Source of the DNA: Felis catus | Lineage: Eukaryota | Direction: 5' to 3' | Length of the DNA stretch: 64,000 bases | NCBI RefSeq assembly: GCF_018350175.1 | Contig: NC_058369.1 | Location: 7,194,001 to 7,258,000, forward strand | Shown: positions 26,641 to 38,400 of the stretch, piece after piece | Layout: each line of letters opens with the position of its first letter | Numbering within the stretch: position 1 is the stretch's first letter | Notes under the pieces: generated by a model | The model's input: the letters and a program-made list of their open reading frames with translations, nothing else | Told to the model about the DNA's origin: nothing | Database searches by the model: none | Program-made: the position numbers and the translations under genes

Positions 26641-27919
26641 GACTTCTGGCACTTTTTCCACTTCATATACAACTTTGTTATCCACTAATACCAGAGATTC
26701 GGAGCTCACCTGTTTGACTTATCTCATGCAGCACTTAATAACGCTGTTACTACTAGTCCAAGTAGTTAGATAAGGCCAACCTGCAGTACTGACCTCAACT
26801 GTGAAGTCAAGGACTTAGTCTCATTTGACTGTGAACAAGTTCCGTTAGGTAAGACATGCAGGCTTTGAGATGACTAATGATGTCACCTAAGGAAGGCCAA
26901 TGTATTATATGCTACAACCCACTCAAAGCAGTGAAGACCACACCCATACCCAAGAGAATCACACTGTAACCCAATCTCATCCAAACACAAACATACCACA
27001 AATGTGCCCAGGTCACTTCTGATCAGGATTTATCATTAAGCTTGATCCGGAATGTTCTACACTGGTTTCATTAAGCCCCATAGGAAGTGACATTAAGCAG
27101 CTGCAGCCTCCACGGCCACCCACAACATAACCAAAGGCTACTCAAGTGTCACAGGTATAATGAATGTGTTCACACAAAATTGAAACTAGGTTGTGATGGT
27201 CTGTGTCTCTATCCAAAGACCACTTTCAAGAACTGCCAGTGATGCATCAAGTACATCAGGATACCAGGACCTGCCATAATCACATGGTTTTGTGTTTTAT
27301 AGCATACAAAAGGATGAGAAACTAACCAAGTCACATGCCAGATGCAGTTGTTCCTGAACACACACACAAATGGCATAATTGTTCTTCCAGGATGTGGTGA
27401 TGTAAGAACAAAGAGAACATTCTCCATTCCCAGCCTCTCACTGGGAAGCTACCAAAAATTAACACAATATTTCCTTCCCTACTACTGGGAGTCTTGCTCT
27501 CCTTCTAGGACCATGAAATTAGGATGTATACCCACACCATTCCTAAAGTCTTTCCTGACCCAAAGGGATCAAGTGTGAGAGGGACAAGAGCATTTCCAGA
27601 AAATTTAGAGACATATGTCACCCACCTTGGCCAGCAGGAGGGAATACAGATGGATTCCATGAGCAGTGAACTAATTCAAGTGGTCACCATCTTCACAGTA
27701 TTAGACAAGGTCCATACAACTAGAGAACCCAGGTGGTTTGAATAGCATTAAGTCTAAAACTGCTAGTCTCACATGGGTCTAGACTGCAACCTGGTGTAGA
27801 AACTTGACTAGCATAGCACAGACAGCTGAATAAAGAAAGCCAAAATATTCCCAAAAATAGTGGGAGTAGAGCGGCACATGTTCACAGGTCTACAAAACCA
27901 CCCTATTAGCGGAGTTCCA

Positions 27920-28477
27920 CACGTCTCTTACACATTGAACAACTTCACTGTTGTTCCAGCGTGGGTTGTAGGGTGTCCTGATTGCTTTCCAACGTTGCTA
28001 ACTTCATACAAGATCTAGTTAGGGAGTTCTTCCATGTATTCAATGGGACACCTGTAGACTTTCCCACATTTCTCATATTCAGTCGGTATCCCTCCAATGT
28101 GGCTTCTTTCGTGTTTTTGAAATGAACTGGAAAAACTGAGGCTTTCCCACGTTTATCATGTATGTAAGTCTTCTATCCATTGTGCATTTTTAGGCGTTTT
28201 AGTAAGTCATGACAACAATGTGAAGGCTTTATCACATTCTTTACATTCACAGTTTCTCTCTGGGGTCAATTTTTACATGTTGAGTTAGGCTTGAGGAAAC
28301 AGTGAAGGCCTTCAGTCAGTGTGTACATTCAAAGGACTTGTCTCCAGTGGGACTTCAAATGTGTATTTACAGATGTGGAAGTGGTGTAGGCTTTCCCACA
28401 TTCCATACACTCACAGGGCTTCGCTCTAGTGTGAGTTCTCAAATGGAATTTCCCACGTTCACCACTTCCTAGGTCTT
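27920..28477 (-). pseudogene. Fossil C2H2 finger repeats downstream of the paralog A stop codon
   Basis: The minus strand continues with TGTGGGAAAGCC and CACACTAGAG-type finger codons carrying stops and frameshifts. Confidence 0.75.
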
Positions 28478-29662
28478 CTATCCATTGTGAGTTCGTAAAT
28501 GTTTTTTAAGGAATGAGGGCCAAGCAAAAGCTTTTCCACATTCCTTACATTGATAGGGTTTCGCTCCAGTGTGAACTGTTAAATGTCCAACTAAGCTTGA
28601 AGAAAGATGGAAGGATTTCCCACATTCTTTGCATTCATAGGGTTTCTCTCCAGTGTGGATTCTCAAATGTTCATTAAGTCGTGAGGAGTTAATGAAGGCT
28701 TTCCCACATTCCTTGCATTTATATGGCCTCTCTCCAGTGTGAATTCTCAAATGTGCTTTAAGAATTGAGGAACTACTGAGGGCTTTCCCGCATTCCTTAC
28801 ATTTATAGGGCTTCTCACCACTGTGAGTTTGAACATGTCTACGAAAGCCTGAAATCCAAGCAAAGCATTTCCCACATTCCTGACATTCAAAGGGCTTCTC
28901 TCCAGTATGAATTCTCAAATGATGATTAAGATATGAGGAACTACTGAGGGCTTTCCCACATATCATACATTTATAAGGCTTCTCACCAGTGTGAGTTTGA
29001 ACATGATTACGAAGCATTGAGGGCCACTGGAAGTGTTTCCCGCATTCTTTACATTCATAGGGCTTCTCTCCAGTGTGAATCATAAAATGTATATAAAGGT
29101 GTGAAGAAGTGTAGAAAGATTTTCCACATTTGCTACATACAAATGGTTTTATTCCAGCGTGAAATCGACTGATGTGTTTATTGAGACGTTTCACATTTGC
29201 GTAACACTTCCCACACTCCCTACATTCATAGGGGTCTCTAACCGTGTGCATTTGCATATACACAGGGTGACCTGTTGAGGGAACTGAGATCCCTGGAAAT
29301 GGAAGCATCCATTCATCGAGGTCTCCTCCACCGTGACTTCTCCCCTGTGTCTGAAAGTGGGAATGACTAATGAACGTCATCCCACAGCCACTATTTTCAG
29401 AAGGCTTCTCTGCCAGACTGGTTCTCTCATACATGCTGTATGGAGTCAGGTGGAAGACTTTACCACCCTGACTCAATTCAGAAAGCTTCTCTCTCGTAGA
29501 GCTTTCCTTTTGCAGAGGACAGAAGCTGTTGGCATACTGAGTATGCTCAAAAGTGTTCTCTCTATTTTCCGTTCTCATGTGTGTCTTAAGGAGTAAGTGT
29601 TGGCTTAAGATTTTCCCACTTTGCTCATACTCAGAGAGCTCTGCTCCCTGGTGGGTCCTTTC
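28478..29662 (-). CDS. KRAB-ZNF paralog A (ZNF426/ZNF266/ZNF561-like), zinc-finger exon with 9 intact C2H2 fingers; full product ~529 aa
   Basis: Acceptor TTTATCAACAG|GAAAGG at 29662 is in frame with ORF 28478-29578. The spacer [14 protein letters not shown]...FISHSHFQ is typical of the ZNF266/426 subfamily. Confidence 0.9.
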   Translation of the reverse strand, partial: ERTHQGAELSEYEQSGKILSQHLLLKTHMRTENRENTFEHTQYANSFCPLQKESSTREKLSELSQGGKVFHLTPYSMYERTSLAEKPSENSGCGMTFISHSHFQTQGRSHGGGDLDEWMLPFPGISVPSTGHPVYMQMHTVRDPYECRECGKCYANVKRLNKHISRFHAGIKPFVCSKCGKSFYTSSHLYIHFMIHTGEKPYECKECGKHFQWPSMLRNHVQTHTGEKPYKCMICGKALSSSSYLNHHLRIHTGEKPFECQECGKCFAWISGFRRHVQTHSGEKPYKCKECGKALSSSSILKAHLRIHTGERPYKCKECGKAFINSSRLNEHLRIHTGEKPYECKECGKSFHLSSSLVGHLTVHTGAKPYQCKECGKAFAWPSFLKKHLRTHNG

Positions 29663-30114
29663 CTGTTGATAAACAGATGAAAGTTGATGATCGGATTTTC
29701 AGATTCATTACAGATTTCACACTTATAAAGCTAAAAACATGATGATTCTTCCCATTTTCATTACATAAACACAGCTCCTGCTGACTGCCTTCAAGTTAAA
29801 TGAGGGAACTCCTCTGACAAAAACCGATGCCATCTACTCTGCTCTTAGAAACATTCCATTAAAATTGCAGGAATATGTTTAGACTCAATCCCTCTTATAT
29901 ATGCGGAAACTTGTACTTGCGGTATCTAGGAAGCAACAACTTCCAAGACAGGTTTGGATTATCCTCCCAAATCATAATCGAGTATCTCTGAATTGCTTTC
30001 TCTTGGATGAATGCCACTTGTCTCAAATACCTCCTACTTGCACTGATTTTAAAACAAAACTACCAATCTTTTTTTTAATGTGGAAAAATAGGAGATATCA
30101 CAACTCAACCTTAC

Positions 30115-30197
30115 TTTTTGAATTTCTCTGGCTGTTTTTCCTTCCCCCAAATCCTGGAGAGATGGTGACTCTTTGCTTTGATGTTGAGTTTGCCATT
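30115..30197 (-). CDS. Paralog A 83-nt linker exon
   Basis: TTTACTTTAG|...|GTAAGG, encoding EWQTQHQSKESPSLQDLGEGKTAREIQK. Confidence 0.85.
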
Positions 30198-30304
30198 CTA
30201 AAGTAAAACAAATGTAAGCATTTGCAGAAACAAATGATAGGTTAAACAATTAAAAAAAGATAAGACTCAGTTTTCTTTACTTTCATATTAAAAACTGTGA
30301 AAAA

Positions 30305-30893
30305 GGGGCACATGGGTAGATCAGTCAGTTAGCATCTGATTCTTGATTTTGGCTCAGGTCATGATCTCACGGTTTTGAGATTGAGCCCCATGTCAGGCTC
30401 CATGCCAACAGGTGGAGCCTGCTTGGGATTCTCTCTCTCTCAAAATAAATAAACATTTAAAAAAAGTGTTGATAAAACAATAAAGAAAAAAGATTTCAGC
30501 AGTTTGTCTATGGGAAAATTTGGCACTAAGTGCAGATGGTCAAACTTTGGTGGTCTGCTAAAAAATAATTTTTGGAAAATTAAATATAGTGAGCAAAAAC
30601 AGACTATTATCAAGGTAGAAAAGTAGGAAACCTCTGGACAACTAAGTTTACCAAAATGATATCTTTCTTTTTTTTAATTTTTTTTTCAACGTTTTTTATT
30701 TATTTTTGGGACAGAGAGAGACAGAGCATGAACGGGGGAGGGGCAGAGAGAGAGGGAGACACAGAATCGGAAACAGGCTCCAGGCTCCGAGCCGTCAGCC
30801 CAGAGCCTGACGCGGGGCTCGAACTCACGGACCGCGAGATCGTGACCTGGCTGAAGTCGGACGCTTAACCGACTGCGCCACCCAGGCGCCCCC
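30305..30893. mobile_element. Intronic SINEs: ~30305-30465 (+) and a young copy at 30664-30893 (-)
   Basis: The second has TSD CCAAAATGATATCTT. Confidence 0.88.
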
Positions 30894-31121
30894 CAAAATG
30901 ATATCTTAAAGAAGAAACAGAACAGGTCACTTTGTGACATCATAGAAAGCTTAAGTAAAAGAGGGAAGGAAGTTAAAGATACACAAAAACATCAGAGACA
31001 AATGGTTTCAGCACTATGAGACAAAATGAATCTTAAATTTTACACATTGCGAGTATGCCATATTTCAGACTGACTAGTGACATTCTTCTCATTCACCAGC
31101 GATATCTGTCACAACACTCAC

Positions 31122-31202
31122 CTGGGAAAACTCCTTTCTCCACTGTCCTCAACTCTTCTTGTTCCAACCTAGCTACTAGGCTGGGTTTTGACTGTTGATA
31201 TC
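31122..31202 (-). CDS. Paralog A KRAB-B exon
   Basis: GGACAG|...|GTGAGT, 81 nt, encoding GYQQSKPSLVARLEQEELRTVEKGVFP. Confidence 0.88.
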
Positions 31203-31913
31203 CTGTCCAGGGGGAAAGGTACATTAATAGAAGAGGACTGTGTAAGAAATGACAAAGCTTCTGATGAAAACAGTAAAATCATTTCAAAAGGACTAGAAAA
31301 GCAAATCAAAAGATTACTTATCTCTGACTCTGAAAGCCTAACCCAAAGGTATGTACACATTTACAGAGCACATAGACATTTATCCAAACAGCAAATAAAG
31401 GAGGTGAGGAAAGGAGACCTTCCTTTTGATGGGGAAAGCACTAAAGCTATAGTACTCAAATGCTGGAGTGTGTTGCAATCATCAGGATGGCTTATTGAAC
31501 ATAGAAGACAGGGCAACAGCACCAGCTTTATAATTCAGAATGTCAAAAGTAGGGTCTGATTTGGTGTGTCTGGGTGGCTCAGTCAGTTAATGTCCAACTT
31601 CAGCTCAGGTCATGATCTTGTGGTCTATGAGTTCGAGCCCCACGTCAGGTTCTGTGGTAACAGCTCGGAGTCTGGAGCCTGCTTCCGATTCTGTGTGTCC
31701 CTCTCTCTGCCCCTCCCCAGCTTGTGCTGTGTGTCTCTCTCTCTCAAAAATAAATAAACATTAAAAAAATATGTATGTTAAAAACAAACCCCAGGGTCTG
31801 ACAATGTAAATTCCTAACAATGATGGTGTTAGTTACTGTTGGCCCTAATGCCACATTTATGGAAAACCCATTAAAGATTACAACCCATTAGTGCAGGGAC
31901 TATGCATCTCTTA

Positions 31914-32144
<231 letters not shown>

Positions 32145-32755
32145 CTAAACCATCACACCGGGATTGGCTTGACACAAGAAACATCTCCGCCAACATTCAT
32201 GGGAGAATGAGGACGGGAGACTCAATACCGATGCAGGGTTATGAGGTTTCTCATTATCCTCCCATGGTTCTGTGGTCCTAGGTACTCTTCTCTCAATCTA
32301 GACTCACTCACTGCTCCTCTCCACTCATATGGTTTTGATGTCACCTTTTAAACAAGACCTTATGTCAGCTTAACCACAGTAGTAGGTCTTCACAGTTTCC
32401 TCTACTATAACACACTCCTGAGCATGCTACAGATCCTTCATGAACAGCACAGGATAACTGAATTCTTTGAGAAAAGGACACTTATACTGTCATGTCAGAG
32501 CTCACAGCAAGGCGGAAGCCTGCATTTGGAATCCATGAGCTTCCAGATTGATTACCGAAATACCAGAATTTTTTCAGGGTAATCCCTTTTTGATAGGAGA
32601 GTTTCTACTTCCAGAGGAAATTCATCTGGGGACTCAGTCCTTGTCTGGAGTTTATTTGCTTTAGGAAGCTCAGGACACAGGTGTGCCTAGAAACAATGTG
32701 TTCACCTGGTGGATGTAAATATGGCTTTCTGTTGATTGATATGCTTTTTTATTAC

Positions 32756-32844
32756 CTGATTATAATTTTTCGGCCTGACAGCCACCATCCCTTCCACCTC
32801 TGTGTTTTCCTCAGGATGGGAGAAAGGATTCCTAGAAAGAAGAT
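32756..32844 (-). CDS. Paralog A pre-KRAB exon
   Basis: Donor CAG|GTAATA. The in-frame acceptor is CCCCAAG|, giving DLLSRNPFSHPEENTEVEGMVAVRPKNYNQ. The 5' boundary is uncertain because of a competing TTTCTAG at 32831. Confidence 0.7.
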
Positions 32845-33332
32845 CTTGGGGAAAGGAAAGGATACCTCAGAATACAGAATTGACCCTAGTTCCCAGAATC
32901 ACCCACCTGAAAATCATTCCATCCTAATTTAAGATCCCCATATATCCCTGCATGAGAAATCTCACAAAAACACACACTACTGCCATAAAATACAATAGCC
33001 CTGCCTCACCTGGAGCCAGAAAAGGGGCTTGCTAGACATGCTACCCATGAAGAAAGAGGTCATGGTCTTATTTTACAGGTATGGAAACTTAACCCCTAAA
33101 ACATTTGGTTCTTTATCTGCCCAAAATAATAAAACTCATCAATGAGATTATGTACCACCAATTCCCAACACACACACGAGGAAGCTGACTTAGATAATAG
33201 CATTCTCTGGCATATTTCAGCTCTTTCTAAAAGAACAGCAGTATGACTAATTTAGGACCAGGTTGTTGGACTCCAGGTTGTGTGGGGATGACCTTTAGAA
33301 TTCTCTGGAAATGAGAATCAATAATGACTTAC

Positions 33333-33357
33333 CATGGGTCAAGTCAATGGTTGCCAT
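33333..33357 (-). CDS. Paralog A start-codon exon (MATIDLTH)
   Basis: AGGATGG start context and donor ATG|GTAAGT. Resembles the ZNF426 N-terminus MAAADLSHG as I recall it. Conserved in paralog B. Confidence 0.7.
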
Positions 33358-34102
33358 CCTGGGAGAGTGACGGTGAAGTCTACCTACTGGGAAATTTGAT
33401 CACTTCAGTACAACTTATGAATCTAGGTGAATATGACAATCTTCATTATTCTTGACATTGGGATACCCACAGTCCTTTTCATGCCAATCATTAATCAGCA
33501 AGCATTGCCAATCCATCATCAAACATCACACATTAGCTGTCTCTCTGAAGGTGGTATGTGGGAAATTACTGAAAATGGCATAATCCATGGCATGAAAGTC
33601 ACTAATGTCAATTACCATTCACTGCAAATCAGTATGTGACAAATATCTGTCTCACTAACTTTATGTATACCAGCTCACTCAATTAGCATAACAACCCATT
33701 TCAATAGATATCACTAGCCCTACTTAATAGCTGATAAAGCTAGATTCATAGAACACTAATCATTGGTCCACCACCCTCCAATTAGGAAAAAGAAATCCAG
33801 AATTGAATGCAGATAGGCTTGTCTCAAATGTGTGATCTGAGGTTCTCATTCGCAAATATGATCAGTTGTCAATCTAGACCTGCACTGTCCAGTTTAGTAG
33901 CCACCAGTCGCATACGCTATTGAGTACCTGATATGCAGTTAGTAAAACAGGATTTTAAATTTTGTTTAGGTAAACTTAAATACATCTACATTCTCAACTG
34001 TATTTATTACATGCACATACGAAGTACATGTCATGAAAATTTTATGTCCAGTGAATTTTGAAATCTTACTATGAATTAAAGAATTTAAAATACTTCCATT
34101 TT

Positions 34103-34331
34103 GGGGCACCTGGGTGGCGCAGTCGGTTAAGCGTCCGACTTCAGCCAGGTCACGATCTCGCGGTCCGTGAGTTCGAGCCCTGCGTCAGGCTTTGGGCTGA
34201 TGGCTCGGAGCCTGGAGCCTGTTTCCGATTCTGTGTCTCCCTCTCTCTCTGCCCCTCCCCCGTTCATGCTCTGTCTCTCTCTGTCCCAAAAATAAATAAA
34301 AAACGTTGAAAAAAAAATTGTTTTAAAAAAT

Positions 34332-34380
<49 letters not shown>

Positions 34381-34620
34381 AATACTTCCATTTTAGCGGT
34401 GCCTGAGTGGCTCAGTCAGTTAAGTGTCCAACTTCAGCTCAGGTCATGATCTCACTACTTGTGGGTTCGAGCCCTGCAGCAGGCTCTGTGCCAACAGCTC
34501 AGAGCCTGGAGTCTGCTTCAGATTCTGTGTCTCCCTCTCTGCCCCTCCCCTGCTGGTGCTGTCTGTCTCTCAAAAATGAATAAACATTAAAAAAAAAAAA
34601 TTGAAGAAAATTAAAAAAAA
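34103..34620 (+). mobile_element. Two stacked Can-SINEs; the first is young with a (TAAA)n tail
   Basis: AAAATACTTC(C/A)ATT occurs three times, at ~34087, ~34379 and ~34618. Confidence 0.9.
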
Positions 34621-35483
34621 ATACTTCAATTCTTATATGGGTTACATGCTGAAATATTTGGAATAGATGGGATAAAGTACATTATTACGTATGATCTCTT
34701 TTTGTTTATTTCATGTACAGAAAAGCTTTAATCATATACATGGCCTGCAGGTCATATGTCCATTGGCTAGCATTAGCCTAGAATACTGCTGGACATTATA
34801 TAGAAGAGAAAAATGAAGTGTTTTATTTAGTTAATACCTTGAGCTTTGGTTGATGGAGCTTACAGTGGCTTGGAGCCCTGAACCTCCTTTTTTAAGTTAT
34901 CATAATAGGTTTATTCTTTCATTCTTTCCACAAACAATTAAGATAATTGTGGTCCTGTGCTAGGCACTAAGTAGAAAACAGTGAAATATACAAAAAATGT
35001 CCCAGGATTTAATGACCCAACATTCCTAAGGGACAAGATACTCAATTATTAATGGATACATCCATTCATCAGAGCTTATGGAGGAAAAACTCAAATAGGT
35101 GAGAAAATAAAGACTATCTTATATACAAGCACAAAGGTATACATGAATATTTTGGATTGCTTCTTGGGCAAGGTAAAGACAGAAAAAGAAAAAAACCATA
35201 GGCTGTTCTAAACAGGACCCAAAAATATACGAAAAATAATGATGGAAGGATTTTAAAGACCCAGAAGACATTTCAAGTATTCAGCAGCTTCAACGGGTCT
35301 TGACTGAGGCTTAGTTCAGTTAAGGTTTGCCCACTTCCCCTTACCCTGGCAAAGGAGCAATGCCAAATCAGTCTGTGTTTCACACTGGTCTATTTTATGA
35401 GTCTTCCCAGAAAACCTTCTTTTTGTATTATCACTTCTCACCAGGTTTTTATATTTACTCCATTGTTAATAAGGCTTCCTTCT

Positions 35484-38400
35484 TGCCTGGGTGGCTCAGT
35501 CGGCTAAGTATCCGACTTCAGCTCAGATCATGATCTCACAGCTCTTGAGTTCGAGCCCTGCGTCAGGCTCTGAGCTATATTAGCTGGAGCCTGCTTCAGA
35601 TTCTATGTCTCCCTCTCTCTCTGCCCCTCCCCTACTTATGCTCTCTCTGTCTCTCTCAAAAATAAAACATTAAAAAAAATCATAAGGCTTCCTTCTCACT
35701 TTAATATCTTTTAACCTGATACAGTTCAAACGATAACTCCTATGTTAAAGACTAATGACTTTTGGGACACAAGGGTAGCTCAGTCAGTTAAGGATCCTAC
35801 TCTTGATTTCAGCTCAGGTCATGATCTCACAGTTCATTGGCTCGAGAGGGAATCAGGCTCCACGCTGACAGTGTGGAGCCTCCTTGGGATGGTCTCTCCC
35901 CCACTCTCTCTCTCTACCCCTCCCACACGTGTGCACGTGATAAATAAATGAACTTACAAAAATTAATGACTTTTCAATAAATTAAACACAGAACAGCAGC
36001 CCAAATGCTGATCTACAAAACTGAATCCAAATGATGGTAAACACTAGAAGTTCCAGTTTCTTTACCATAAATGAAATTAACCCTCATGACCCAAAAATCT
36101 TTTTTTCCAAGAATTCTTATTCTACAGGTGAAAAGACCAGAACCCTGAAAATAACAAGCTGTCACAAACACTGCATCTCAAATGCTAGTATAGATTGCAC
36201 TTACTCCTAGGGGTCTCAAAATGGGGCCTTTGGGCTGAATAAGCCCACGAATGTGTTTACTTTTGTGGCATGTGCCCAAACATTTTTCCATTTGGTTTTG
36301 TTTCCTTTTCTGATGGAGATGTAAGTGCTATGCAATCAAAAGTGTAGATCTTAAGTATTTTCTGGATGAGCTCTAACAACTGTAGTTACTCACCTTATCA
36401 CAGTCTTAAAAAAAAAAATAGAGAATGGACAGCATATTGAACTTCTAAAAACACAGACAACATACTCGTCTCCCTGAAAAGCCCTCTTCAGCCTTCTAGT
36501 TCACTCCCTCACCCTAATTCCAGACAATCTGTTTCTGATTTCTTTCAGTTTCTATCAGTTCCTAGATAGGTTACTCAGTTTGTAAAACGTTTACAAATAT
36601 ATATGCTGACTTTTTTCTATTTAAAGAAACAATAAGGGAAAAACATTCTTAAATCTCCCAGTGGATTTTGGACTTGTCCACTTCTTCTTATGTTTCTGTC
36701 AAGCATTGGTTTATACCTTGTGCAACAATATTATTGGGTACAAATTTTGAAATTGAATCACATTAGAGATATTGAATCACCTACCGTAAAGAACTCTATG
36801 TGTAGTAATGATTTATGACAATGTTGTCTGACATGGAGATCCATTTTCTTTTGGAGAGCTCTTTGGGTATCAAAGATGCCCTTTATTTTCCAATACGTGA
36901 CATAGGCCCTGGCTCAGTGAGGGCACCAAGTGATTGCTGACTGACAGACCAAGACCACAGAGTCCCTACGTCACTCAAAGCACATCTAACTAGGAGCGCC
37001 TGGCTGGCTCAGTCAACAGGGCACACAACTCCGGATCACAGGGTCATGAGCTCAAGCCCCAAAGTAGGTGTGGAGGCTCATTTAATAAAAAAATTTTTTT
37101 AATTTATAAAAAACACAGTACATCTATCTAGATTACATTGAAATAACAGTCCCTGACAAAATATATATCCCAGGTTTCAGGAGATGTAGTTAAGTACTCT
37201 AATATGAGTGTGGGGTCTCATGCTTCTGAGCACTCACCCACCAGCTAGGGCATGTCTGTAAACTTCTTCCCCACAGAACCCCTAATGTGGATACTCGGGT
37301 GCTGTTTCTTATACCTGTTGTCACCCATGGTTCCCTCCACTCATCTGCTCACCAGTCATGGCTTGACTGTAATCCAGAGGTTTACAAATGCTTGCCCATT
37401 GTGCCAACTACCTCTGCCCCAGGCAACCCAGCAAACTTCTTTACAAACAGTTGACTGCAATGATATCACTGACAATAAGGTCTGACCCAGTCTTGGGGTG
37501 AAGGGCCCTATACAAATGTGAACTTCCCTATTACTCTCCATCACCTGTAGGGTCTGTGAGTTGTTTGTATCTCTGTTACTCTTCCAATGTATAGCAACAA
37601 ATCAAGGAGTGGGGTACCTGGATGGTTAAGCATCTGATTCTTGCTTTTAGAAGCTCAGGTCATGATCTCACAGTTTTGTGGGTTCAAGCCCCAAGTAGGG
37701 CTCTGCACCCGTAGCACAGTAGTTTTTTAAAAAGTCTTAACTCCAGGGGCGCCTGGGTGGCTCAGTCGGTTAAGCGTCCAACTTCGGCTCAGGTATCTCA
37801 GTCTGTGGGTTCAAGCCCCACATCAGGCTGTATGCTGACAGCTCAGAGCCTAGGGCCTGCTTCGGATTCTGTGTCTCCCCCCTTCTCAAAAATAAACAGT
37901 AAAAAAAAATTCTTTTTTAGTAAAAATAAATAAAAAGTCCAATGAACTCAGATTAAACCCAGCTATAGCATAAATGTATCTGCAATATAGACATTCTTGC
38001 CAACTGGCAGAATTCCCTTATCTCTGACACATAGGGTAAGGGCCATTATAGTAGGAAAAGTTAAAAGGAGGATTCTGGAACTCCCCACCACTGGACATAA
38101 TCATCCAGGAATAATACCGACACTGCTGAGGGAACTGCAAAGACTAACACCAACATCCAGTTTGCCCAAGGACTGGGAAATAGAGGATTGGCTTTGAAGA
38201 AATAAACCATGGACATCTACAATCACCTCGAGACCAATTCCAGAAACGTAAACTAAACCTAAACTGTACTGGGTTGACATATTTTGTCTATGCTTGTATC
38301 TGTTTATTTATGTCCATGTATTTATTTGCATAAACTAGGCTTTCACTTCTGCTACATCCTTCCCATTTTGATTAATATACAAGTTATTACAGGATAACAT

